The notes under the pieces: generated by a model | The model's database searches: none | What the model was told of the DNA's origin: nothing | The model's input: the letters and a program-made list of their open reading frames with translations, nothing else | Shown here: positions 8,054 to 16,385 of the stretch, in pieces | Position numbering within the stretch: position 1 is the first letter of the stretch | Layout: every line of letters begins with the position of its first letter | Made by a program: the position numbers and the translations under genes | Source of the DNA: Gemmatimonadota bacterium | GTDB lineage: Bacteria; Gemmatimonadota; Gemmatimonadetes; Longimicrobiales; Gaopeijiaceae | DNA: 64,000 nt | Assembly: GCA_034521595.1 (NCBI GenBank) | Contig: JAXHMG010000003.1 | Location: 3,008,001-3,072,000 of the forward strand | Reading direction: 5' to 3'

Positions 8054-9739
8054 ATGTCCGAGGGCACGAGCGCCCTGCGCAACTCCGTCCGTCCACTCGA
8101 CGCCCAGCCTTCGCTTCCCCGTGAGCGCCTCATCGTCGAGGACACGCCCGATGACGAAGCGGTCCCCATGGATGTCGTCTTCGTGGGCGGTGGCCCCGCC
8201 GGACTCGCGGGCGCCATCGAGCTGGCGCGGTTGGTGCAGAAGGACAACGAAGAAGGCGACGGTCTCGGAGAGATCGAGATCGGCGTGCTGGAGAAGGCCG
8301 GAGAGCTCGGAGAGCACAGCCTCTCCGGCGCCGTGGTCGATCCCAGCGCCTTCCACGAGCTGTTCCCGGAGATGGGCGTCGAAGACTTCCCCTTCCGCCG
8401 GCCGGTCGACAAGGAAGCCGTCTATTACCTGACCGATTCCAAGTCGGTGCGGATGCCGACGCCCCCGACGATGAAGAACCACGGGAACCACATCGCCTCG
8501 ATCTGCGAGATCGTGCGCTGGCTCGGCGAGCAGGCGGAAGGGCTGGGCGTGAACGTCTTTCCGGGCTTCCCGGTGGACTCGCTCCTCGTGGAGGGCGACA
8601 ACGTGATCGGGGTGCGGACGGCCCCCGCCGGGCTGAACCGCGAGGGCGAGCCCTCCGGACCGGACGCGATGCCGCCCATGGATCTCACCGCCCGGGCGAC
8701 CGTGCTCTCGGAGGGGACGCGCGGCCCGCTCTCGCAGGCGTGGCTCGACTGGCAGGGCGTGACGTCGAAGAACCCCCAGATCTACGCGCTCGGCGTGAAG
8801 GAGATCTGGGAGGTGAAGAAGCCGCTCGACCGGATCATCCACACCATGGGGTGGCCTCTGCACGGGAGCATGTTCGGTGGGAGCTTCATGTACCCGATGG
8901 CGGACGACCTCGTGGCCGTCGGCCTCGTCGTCGGGATGGACTACGAAGACGCCCGGTTCGACGTGCACGAGGCGCTGCAGCGCATGAAGCTCCACCCGCT
9001 CTTCCGGCCCTATCTCGAGGGCGGGGAGATGGTCGAGTGGGGTGCGAAGACGATTCCCGAAGGAGGCTACTACTCGGTGCCGGAGCGCCGTCACGGCGAC
9101 GGTCTCTGCATCGTCGGAGACGCGGCGGGCTACGTCGAAGTCTCCTCGCTCAAGGGGATCCACTACGCGATGCATTCGGGCATCATGGCCGCCCGCCAGA
9201 TCTTCGAGGCGCTCAAGAAGGACGACACCTCCGCCGACGCGCTCGCGGGCTACACGGCCGCGGTGAATGAGAGCGTGATCATGAAGGACCTGAAGGAGCG
9301 CCGGAACATGCGGCTCGCCTTCAAGGGAGGCTTCACGGCCGGAAGCGCCAAGGCCGGGCTCATGACGCTCACCAAGGGCGCGTTCCCGGGCGGGCAGATC
9401 AGCGTCGAGGAGGACGCGGCCGAGACGAAGTCGCTCTCCGGGGACGGCGAGAAGTTCGTGCCTGACGGGAAGCTGACCTTCTCCAAGGTCGACGCGGTCT
9501 ACAAGGCGGGGAACCAGACCCGCGACGACATCCCGACCCACCTCATCGTCGGCGAGGACGTGAGCGCCGAGCTCGCCGAGCTCTACGAGCACATGTGCCC
9601 GGCCGGCGTCTACGAACGGGACGGGGAGAAGCTCGTGGTCAACCCGCCCAACTGCGTCGACTGCAAGGCGACCGACGTGCTCGGACCCCGGTGGACGCCA
9701 CGCGAGGGCGGGAGCGGGCCGTCCTACCGCAAGATGTGA
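8054..9739 (+). CDS. Electron transfer flavoprotein:quinone oxidoreductase
   Basis: DVVFVGGGPAGL FAD motif; LSGAVVDP, YALGVKEIW, GAKTIPEGGYY, LKGIHYAMHSG, C-terminal CPAGVY...NCVDCK...W.P.EGGSGP.Y. Confidence 0.92.
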   Translation: MSEGTSALRNSVRPLDAQPSLPRERLIVEDTPDDEAVPMDVVFVGGGPAGLAGAIELARLVQKDNEEGDGLGEIEIGVLEKAGELGEHSLSGAVVDPSAFHELFPEMGVEDFPFRRPVDKEAVYYLTDSKSVRMPTPPTMKNHGNHIASICEIVRWLGEQAEGLGVNVFPGFPVDSLLVEGDNVIGVRTAPAGLNREGEPSGPDAMPPMDLTARATVLSEGTRGPLSQAWLDWQGVTSKNPQIYALGVKEIWEVKKPLDRIIHTMGWPLHGSMFGGSFMYPMADDLVAVGLVVGMDYEDARFDVHEALQRMKLHPLFRPYLEGGEMVEWGAKTIPEGGYYSVPERRHGDGLCIVGDAAGYVEVSSLKGIHYAMHSGIMAARQIFEALKKDDTSADALAGYTAAVNESVIMKDLKERRNMRLAFKGGFTAGSAKAGLMTLTKGAFPGGQISVEEDAAETKSLSGDGEKFVPDGKLTFSKVDAVYKAGNQTRDDIPTHLIVGEDVSAELAELYEHMCPAGVYERDGEKLVVNPPNCVDCKATDVLGPRWTPREGGSGPSYRKM

Positions 9740-9761
9740 CGCGGGCTGCTTCTGCGGACCG

Positions 9762-10169
9762 TCAGGCTTCGTGCCCTTCGATCATCGGCGGATCACTCGA
9801 CAGCGGCTCGTCGACGAGGTCCCATGCCAGATCGATGTACTCGATCTCGAACCACTGCTCGAAGGTGCTCCAGCTCCGGTCCTCGGGCCAGTGCGCGGAG
9901 TCCATGACCCAGTCGTTGAGCATGACCTCGAACACGATCTCCACGTTGGCATGTACCCAGCCGAGCGTTTCGCCGGGATCCTCGAACTCGGGGACCAGGA
10001 ACGAGTTGACCGACTCCCACACGTCTTCGGCCTCGACCGACCCCTCGTCGTCCAGGGACAGCACCCAGTCGACGAACGGTTGGAGCGGACGGACGACGAG
10101 CACGCTCCGATTCAGGAACCAGACCGGACGTCCTTCAGAGGGTGCTGATGGCGACGGATTCTTCGTCAT
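9762..10169 (-). CDS. Conserved hypothetical acidic protein
   Basis: Host-like codon use; NRSVLVVRPLQPFVDWV...WPEDRSWSTFEQWF pattern looks protein-like. Confidence 0.65.
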   Translation of the reverse strand: MTKNPSPSAPSEGRPVWFLNRSVLVVRPLQPFVDWVLSLDDEGSVEAEDVWESVNSFLVPEFEDPGETLGWVHANVEIVFEVMLNDWVMDSAHWPEDRSWSTFEQWFEIEYIDLAWDLVDEPLSSDPPMIEGHEA

Positions 10170-10351
10170 TGGATAAACCACTTCCCGATGTAGTGCCTGG
10201 TGCCCCTGCCGGACCGATCGCCAGAGGCGTAGGGCCGGAAACATAATGCCGGTGGCCTCGTGGACCGTATCTCCTCGAACCGTTGCTCGGGGTGGGCCCG
10301 AGGCGTACCGTGTCCCTGGACGATCACACTACAGGCAACAGGAAGGGGTGC

Positions 10352-11341
10352 ATGCGCGCGACGACGAGAGTGGGTTTGACCGGGTTCGCGATCCTGGCGT
10401 TCGCGGGATGTCAAACCGAGGAGGCGCCCGGCTCCGCCGCGGGCGACACGGCTGCAGCGGATCGACTCAATCCCATGATCTCGCTTCACGAGGCGGACGC
10501 TCCGGTGTTCGGACTCTATGCGCCGCGGCCCACGGCCTCCGGGGGGAGTGAGGCGAGCCCGCCCGAGGCCAGGACGCCGGCCGAGCGTGCGGCGGAAACC
10601 ATTGAGTACACGCAGAGTGACTACGTCTTCCACAGCGCGATGGAAGGAGGGGTGGACGAGGCGCTTCCCGACTTCCGGGAGTTCGTGGGCGCGATGCACG
10701 AAGGTGGCGCGAGCGCCCGGACACACCCGTTCGTCGTGAAGATGGAGAAGATTTCCGAGGATCCCGACGCGGCCGAGCACGTCCACCAGCAGCTCAATGC
10801 GGGTGTGAGCGGCGTGATGTTCGTACACGTGGAGAGCGCCGAGGAGCTTCGCACGGGCCTCGACGCGATGCGCTTCACCTCGAACGGGGGGACCCGCCCC
10901 GAGGATGACCTGGGCATGGCGCCCGACTACTGGGGAGTGTCCGCCGAGGAGTACCGTGCGAAGGCGGATCTGTGGCCGCTGAATCCCGACGGTGAGCTCC
11001 TGTCGTGGGTCATCATCGAGAGTCGCGAAGGCCTCGAGAACATCCGCGAGATCGCGGCGGTTCCCGGTATCGGCGTGCTCTGGCCAGGGGCCGGCACGCT
11101 CCGGGGTGTGTTCTCCACGACCGGTCCGGACGGCTCCCGCGTGGTCGACGAAGAGGCGTGGGAAGGCGCGATTCAGACCGTCCTGGACGCCTGCGAGGAG
11201 TTCGACCTGTTGTGCGGCTTTCCGGCGGGTCCGGACGACATCGAATCGCGCATGGCCCAGGGCTTCGACGTGTTCGTCATGGGCTGGGGTGACGCCGGCT
11301 TCGAGACCGTCGAGATGGGACACGCGATCGCGGGCCGGTGA
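10352..11341 (+). CDS. HpcH/HpaI aldolase/citrate lyase family protein with lipoprotein signal
   Basis: Lipobox LAFAGC; VHQQLNAGVSGVMFVHVESAEE and IIESREGLENIREIAAVPGIGVLWPG match the HpcH fold. Confidence 0.8.
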   Translation: MRATTRVGLTGFAILAFAGCQTEEAPGSAAGDTAAADRLNPMISLHEADAPVFGLYAPRPTASGGSEASPPEARTPAERAAETIEYTQSDYVFHSAMEGGVDEALPDFREFVGAMHEGGASARTHPFVVKMEKISEDPDAAEHVHQQLNAGVSGVMFVHVESAEELRTGLDAMRFTSNGGTRPEDDLGMAPDYWGVSAEEYRAKADLWPLNPDGELLSWVIIESREGLENIREIAAVPGIGVLWPGAGTLRGVFSTTGPDGSRVVDEEAWEGAIQTVLDACEEFDLLCGFPAGPDDIESRMAQGFDVFVMGWGDAGFETVEMGHAIAGR

Positions 11342-11391
11342 GGGCGGAGCGCGCTTCGGCGCGTGCGTCCGGGAAGTGAGGACCGGGGCCC

Positions 11392-12750
11392 TCAGCGCGA
11401 CCCCGTGACCCGGTAACGGACCGCGTTCTTCCAGACTTCCCGGGCGGTTCGGAGGTTGCCGATGTCCTCGGTCGGATCCGCTTCGAGGAGCACGAACGTG
11501 GCTTCGGCACCGCGCTGGAGCGTGCCGGTCCGGCCTTCCAGACCGATCGCGGCCGCCGCCACCCGTGTGGCGGCCGCGATCGCGTCCATGGGGTCGAGGC
11601 CGGCGTGCTCGACGAGGGCCTCGAGCTCGAGGAAAAGCGCCGGTCCCTCGTCACCGTCGGCGGTGAAGTCGGTGCCGGCCGCGATGGGGACGCCCAGCTC
11701 GTGGGCCCGACGCACGAGCGTGCGGGCGAACCTCCGGTCACACACGGAGGGGGCCTCCGCGGGCGCGGGGCCTTCACCTTCCGGAGGGCCGCCCTCGACG
11801 GAGGTGTGCATCGCGAGGGTCGCGTCCAGGATGGTGCCGCGCGCGGCCATCTCGCCGAGCAGCTCATCGAAGACGGGAGCGCCGGCGGAAACGCGCGCGT
11901 ACCCGGGCCGGTCGTCGTGGTGGTACCGGTCGGGCGCCTCGGCCATGGCCTCCCACGCCATCGGGCAGGCGTGAGAGATCACGTCCACGCCCGCCCGGAC
12001 CACGTCGAGTGGCCGCGCGGGATAGACCGTGGCGTGCGCCCACACCACCATGCCCTGCCGGTGCGCCTCGGCCGTGATGTTCCGCACGAGGCCGGAATCG
12101 AGGTCCGCGTAGATCTTGAGCCCTCGCGCGGACGTTCCGCGCGCGCGAGCGACCGCCAACGGCAGGTCCGTGTCGGGCCCGACGGCTTGCATCCAAGGGG
12201 CCTCGCCGGGAGGGAATCCTTCGGCGGCGGCTCGCGAGCGCGGATCGTGGAAAAAGCTTCGGCCGGCGAACAGGGCCGCGTGGTGGATGTCGGGAGCCTG
12301 GATGCGTCCCGTGCGCGCCTCCCAGGCGAGCGCGGCCAACAAGCGGGCGTCCCCGGCCATGTCCCGGACCGTCGTGATGCCCGAGCGGAGCAGGCGCTCG
12401 AGCGCGGACACGGCCGCGGCTCGGTCGGGCTGGGTCGCGAGATGCACGTGGGCGTCGATCAGCCCCGGGACGACGTAGCCCCCACCGAGGTCCAGGCGCA
12501 GCGCCGCCCCGGGATCCTCGAGGCGGGAGAGCACGGCGTCGAGCGGCCCGGCGTCCACGATCGTCGCGCCCCGGACGGCCAAGGCGCCGTCAGTGACCGG
12601 GGGACCTCCCAGCCCGTCGATGAGCGTGAAGCCGTGCAGGATCTCGACCGGGGCCGTGGGCGGCGTCGCGTCCTGGGCTCGGAGCTCGCCGGGCGTCGCG
12701 AGAAACGGTGCGAGCAGTCCGACCGTGACGAGGAAAGGGATGCGCAGCAC
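11392..12750 (-). CDS. Secreted amidohydrolase family protein
   Basis: PGLIDAHVH, GITTVRDMAG, AAGTDF motifs; probable GTG start at 12750 followed by a signal peptide; the longer ORF extension runs through the MITE. Confidence 0.85.
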   Translation of the reverse strand: MLRIPFLVTVGLLAPFLATPGELRAQDATPPTAPVEILHGFTLIDGLGGPPVTDGALAVRGATIVDAGPLDAVLSRLEDPGAALRLDLGGGYVVPGLIDAHVHLATQPDRAAAVSALERLLRSGITTVRDMAGDARLLAALAWEARTGRIQAPDIHHAALFAGRSFFHDPRSRAAAEGFPPGEAPWMQAVGPDTDLPLAVARARGTSARGLKIYADLDSGLVRNITAEAHRQGMVVWAHATVYPARPLDVVRAGVDVISHACPMAWEAMAEAPDRYHHDDRPGYARVSAGAPVFDELLGEMAARGTILDATLAMHTSVEGGPPEGEGPAPAEAPSVCDRRFARTLVRRAHELGVPIAAGTDFTADGDEGPALFLELEALVEHAGLDPMDAIAAATRVAAAAIGLEGRTGTLQRGAEATFVLLEADPTEDIGNLRTAREVWKNAVRYRVTGSR

Positions 12751-12768
12751 GGGCCGTACCCGGTAGCT

Positions 12769-13047
12769 TAGCAGCCCGTGGCAGAAGTCTGGTGGTCCGC
12801 GCACGAGGGTCTTGCGTGTCGCAGGCAAGGCGGCTTCTTGAAGGCGATGCCGTAGCATCGGCGAAAGGAGCCAACGCCGCATGCGGCCGCAATCCCCTCG
12901 TGCCCTTCGGGCTGCGGCGGCACGGCCCCAGCTCCGTCGTCGTGAGCCCCTCGACGTGCGCTGATGGCTATGCCTTCGGGGTCCGCCATGGAGCACGGGC
13001 CGTGGCGCTCCCAACGCGGGCCACCAGACTTCTGCCACGGGCTGCTA
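12769..13047. mobile_element. MITE (non-autonomous IS-like element), ~277 bp
   Basis: 33-bp terminal inverted repeats TAGCAGCCCGTGGCAGAAGTCTGGTGG(T/C)CCGCG with 1 mismatch; TTAG/CTAG ends; internal nested hairpins; no transposase. Confidence 0.85.
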
Positions 13048-13058
13048 GCCGCTTCAGG

Positions 13059-13913
13059 TCACTCCTCCTCGTCGAGCTCCAACCCGACACCCGTGGGCGT
13101 GATGACCAAGCTCGGCAGAATGGTACGGACGGGCGCGGCGCCCATGCGCTCGAGGGCGGTCGCGGCGTCCGGGTGGGTGGAGAGCTCCTCGAGCGTCTTG
13201 ATGGTCGGGAACACCATGGGGAGCTCACCGCCTCGGTACCGCTCGAGCGCCTCGTCCGGCCCGAGCCAGAGCGCGTCGGTCATCTCTCGGGGGTCGATGA
13301 TGGGCTCCGCGCCGTCCGGGACGCGGGCCGCGAAAAAGCGCGTGTCGTAGCGCTTCGGCTCGGCGATCGGCGTGATCCAGTGGGCGAGGTACTCCACGGA
13401 GCGGCCCTCGATCCGGCATTCGAGCCTGGAGAGCGCCTCCGCGAAGTCGATGCGGTGCTCCATGACGTCGTCCCGGATACGGTCGACACGGGGCTCCGCC
13501 GCCGCGGTCGGCACGGGCGAGCCGTCGGGGCGGTGTGCGATCAGGATCCCCGTCTCCTCGAATGCCTCGCGCAACGCCGCCAGATAGTAGGCGATGGCCG
13601 GGGGCTCCGCCGAAGGAAGCTCGAGGCGGGACGCGGCGTCTTCGGGGGCGAGGCCGTCGATGCGCTCCAGGACCTGTGCGGTGGCGTCGGTCCCGTCCAC
13701 CCGTCCTCCCGGAAACACATAGGCACCGGGCACGAATCCCGCGTTCCGGTTCCGACGCATGAGGAGAACCTCCAAGCCCCCGCCGCCGTCCCTCATGAGC
13801 ACGATCGTCGCCGCGGGGCGGGGGAGCGCGGGGTCGGCCGGAGGGTGCTCGATCTTCTCGGCGAACCGGTCGGGAAGGCGGTCGAATGGGATTATGAACT
13901 CGGATTTACTCAT
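13059..13913 (-). CDS. NUDIX hydrolase (Nudt19-like)
   Basis: PRPAATIVLMRD, YVFPGGRVD, AALREAFEETGIL, HWITP...KRYDTRFF. Confidence 0.9.
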   Translation of the reverse strand: MSKSEFIIPFDRLPDRFAEKIEHPPADPALPRPAATIVLMRDGGGGLEVLLMRRNRNAGFVPGAYVFPGGRVDGTDATAQVLERIDGLAPEDAASRLELPSAEPPAIAYYLAALREAFEETGILIAHRPDGSPVPTAAAEPRVDRIRDDVMEHRIDFAEALSRLECRIEGRSVEYLAHWITPIAEPKRYDTRFFAARVPDGAEPIIDPREMTDALWLGPDEALERYRGGELPMVFPTIKTLEELSTHPDAATALERMGAAPVRTILPSLVITPTGVGLELDEEE

Positions 13914-13935
13914 AATATACTCATGTTATACTCAT
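13905..13935 (-). promoter_or_regulatory. Three 11-bp-period direct repeats ATGAGTA(T/A)A across the ggt stop and nudix start
   Basis: Minus strand reads ATGAGTATA-AC-ATGAGTATA-TT-ATGAGTAAA; the regulatory role is inferred. Confidence 0.5.
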
Positions 13936-15512
13936 CCACCGACCGCCATGCCGTCTTTTCGGGGGTCGGACGCCGCGGCCCATCCGCGGGTGAGTCTTAC
14001 AATGGCCTGAGCGCCGCCGAACGCGAAATCCTCGGGGTCGAGGAGCTCGTGGCCGAGTCGTCCGAGCTCCGTCGCCGTCGGCTCACGCAGCTCCTCCACG
14101 GCGACGCGCCGGCCGTCGAGGTGCCGGAAGCGTGGCGCGTCGAGCGCCTCCTGCGGATCCATGCCGAAGTGGAGGAGGTTGAGCAACACCTGCACGTGGC
14201 CCTGGGGTTGCATCGGGCCGCCCATGACGCCGAACGACATCCAGGGCTGGCCGTCCCGGCTGACGAAGGCCGGGATGATGGTATGGAACGGCCGTTTGCC
14301 GGGCGCGAGGCGGTTCGGGTGTCCGGGCGCCAGGGAGAAGCCGGCACCCCGGTTCTGCAACGCGAATCCGGTGCCGGGCACGACGACACCCGATCCGAAC
14401 GGCCGATAGATCGAGTTGATGAACGAGACCATGCTCCCCTGCTCGTCGGCCGCCGTCAGGTACACCGTGTCCGACCCCGCGGCCGGCGCTCCGGGAGCGA
14501 CGCTCTCCGCCGCGGACGAAGCGTCGATGCGTGCGGCCCGCTCCCGTACGTACTCGGGCGCGAGCAGCGCGGCCGTCGATACCGGCATGTGCTCGGGGTC
14601 CGCGACGAAGCGCTCGAGGTCCGCGTACGCGAGCTTCTTGGCCTCGATCAACGTGTGCAGGTACTTCGACGAATTGTGTCCCATCGATCCCAAGTCACGG
14701 TCCTCCAGCAACTTGAGCATCTGCAGGGCCGCGATGCCCTGTCCGGCCGGGGGCAGCTCGTGCAGCCTCACCCCGTGGTAGTCGACGGCCAGAGGCTCCA
14801 CCCAGCGCACCTCGTGGCGGGCGAGGTCGTCGAGGGTGAGCGAGCCGCCGAGCCGGTCGAGTCCGTCGACGAGCCGTTCGCCGAGCGGACCGCCGTAGAG
14901 GGTTCCGACCCCGAGCCGGCCGATGTCCCGGAACGTGCCGGCGAGGTCCGGGTTCGTGAACCATCCGCCGGGTGACGGGACGCGCCCGCCGGGAAGGAAG
15001 GTCGCCGCCGCGCCCGGATCAGCCCGCAGGACCGGGGCGAGGCTCGCCCATTCGTGCGCGATGATCGGCGTCACCGGAAAGCCTCCTTCGGCGATCCGGA
15101 CGGCGGGTGCCAGAGCCCGCTCCAGGGGGATCGAGCCGTAGCGGTCCAGGAGGGCCGCCCAGCCCGCGAGCGCTCCGGGCACGGTCACGGCGCGAGCGTC
15201 CCGCTCGGGCACGGAGGCATGCCCCTCCGCGAGCAGAGCCTCGGCGTCCGCGCGACTTCCGGCCGTTCCGCTCGCGTCGAGCCCGATCAGCGTCCGGTCC
15301 GGCGCGGACCACAGGAGCGCGAACATGTCGCCGCCCGGGCCCGTCATATGGGGCTCGGTCACGCTGAGGACCGCAGCCGCGGTGACGGCGGCGTCCACGG
15401 CGTTTCCTCCTTCCTCCAGCACGGTCAGGCCCGCCCCGCTCGCCAGCGGCTGGCTCGTGGCCACCGCGTGGCGCGGAGCGTACACCGTGGAGCGCCCCGA
15501 CCGTCCGGTCAC
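13932..15512 (-). CDS. ggt: Gamma-glutamyltransferase family protein
   Basis: GGNAVDAAV, DTVYLTAAD (catalytic Thr), LQNRG, KRPFHTIIP, GVMGGPMQPQGH, ASDPRKDG. Confidence 0.92.
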   Translation of the reverse strand: MTGRSGRSTVYAPRHAVATSQPLASGAGLTVLEEGGNAVDAAVTAAAVLSVTEPHMTGPGGDMFALLWSAPDRTLIGLDASGTAGSRADAEALLAEGHASVPERDARAVTVPGALAGWAALLDRYGSIPLERALAPAVRIAEGGFPVTPIIAHEWASLAPVLRADPGAAATFLPGGRVPSPGGWFTNPDLAGTFRDIGRLGVGTLYGGPLGERLVDGLDRLGGSLTLDDLARHEVRWVEPLAVDYHGVRLHELPPAGQGIAALQMLKLLEDRDLGSMGHNSSKYLHTLIEAKKLAYADLERFVADPEHMPVSTAALLAPEYVRERAARIDASSAAESVAPGAPAAGSDTVYLTAADEQGSMVSFINSIYRPFGSGVVVPGTGFALQNRGAGFSLAPGHPNRLAPGKRPFHTIIPAFVSRDGQPWMSFGVMGGPMQPQGHVQVLLNLLHFGMDPQEALDAPRFRHLDGRRVAVEELREPTATELGRLGHELLDPEDFAFGGAQAIVRLTRGWAAASDPRKDGMAVGG

Positions 15513-16168
15513 CTGGTACCGTCCGGCTCCTTGCGCACGCCTTGCCGCTCGAGCACCACGACGGCTCGAGGAAAGAGTGCTTCCAGCCGCTCGATGTCGG
15601 CGCGCGTTCCGTGGGGCTCGCCCCAGCGGATGGGCACCACGACTTCCGCCCCGCAGGCCTCGCCCGCGCGGGCCGCGTCTTCCACCGACATGGTGTAGTG
15701 CCCGTCGCAGGGAAGGAACGCGATGTCACATCGGACACCGTCCATGGATGGGAGGTAGTCGGTATCACCCGCGTGGTAGAAGGTCGTGCCCCCCACCGTG
15801 AACACGTAACCGAGCCAACCGTCGTCGGGTGCGTGGAACTTCTTGCCGACGTTGTGGGCCGGCACGGCGAGGACGTCGAAGCCGTCGAGCTGGAGCAGGT
15901 CCCCGGCCCTCACGAAATGATCCGCGTCGGCCATCTGCTTCTTCATGGTGACGGGGGCGATGACGACCGTGTCGGGCCCCCGCACGCGGGCGATATCCTC
16001 CTCCGAGAAGTTGTCGAAGTGCGGGTGCGTGAGGAGGATCATGTCCGCGCGCGCGCTTTCGGTCACGCCCGACGGATCGACGTGGACCTCGCAGCCCCTT
16101 CCTCGAACCCGGACGGAGGAGCCGCGGAACCACGTGATGCCATCGAGCCATTCGTGCATTGAAGCCAT
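15509..16168 (-). CDS. Metallo-beta-lactamase fold protein (UlaG-like)
   Basis: LLTHPHFDN, AVPAHN, YHAGDT motifs; start at 16168 or 16159. Confidence 0.8.
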   Translation of the reverse strand: MASMHEWLDGITWFRGSSVRVRGRGCEVHVDPSGVTESARADMILLTHPHFDNFSEEDIARVRGPDTVVIAPVTMKKQMADADHFVRAGDLLQLDGFDVLAVPAHNVGKKFHAPDDGWLGYVFTVGGTTFYHAGDTDYLPSMDGVRCDIAFLPCDGHYTMSVEDAARAGEACGAEVVVPIRWGEPHGTRADIERLEALFPRAVVVLERQGVRKEPDGTR

Positions 16169-16302
16169 GCGTGTGGCGCGGGAAGGTGGAACGTGCCAAG
16201 CTAACCGTCGGGAGTAGCCCGAAAAAGTGGCGGATCTCGCCTCCGCGGCGCGCCAGAATGACAGGGTTCATGCGATTCGGGCATGAATTCGAGCCGCGCC
16301 GG

Positions 16303-16319
16303 CTGGCAGGGATCCTGCA
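16303..16319 (+). promoter_or_regulatory. Candidate sigma54 (-24/-12) promoter of lon
   Basis: CTGGCAGGGATCCTGCA = GG-N10-GC with TGGCA and TGCA; 7-7-7 inverted repeat TTCATGC-N7-GCATGAA at 16267-16287. Confidence 0.5.
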
Positions 16320-16385
16320 CCTGAGGCTCCCGGCGCGCTCCGCGTGCCGACGACGACCGAGGTCCCGAACGAGACCCGAGGCAAG

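Noticed and set aside
12751-13038. N-terminal extension of the amidohydrolase ORF (548 aa as called)
   Set aside because: It is read-through across the MITE; a signal peptide begins at GTG 12750.
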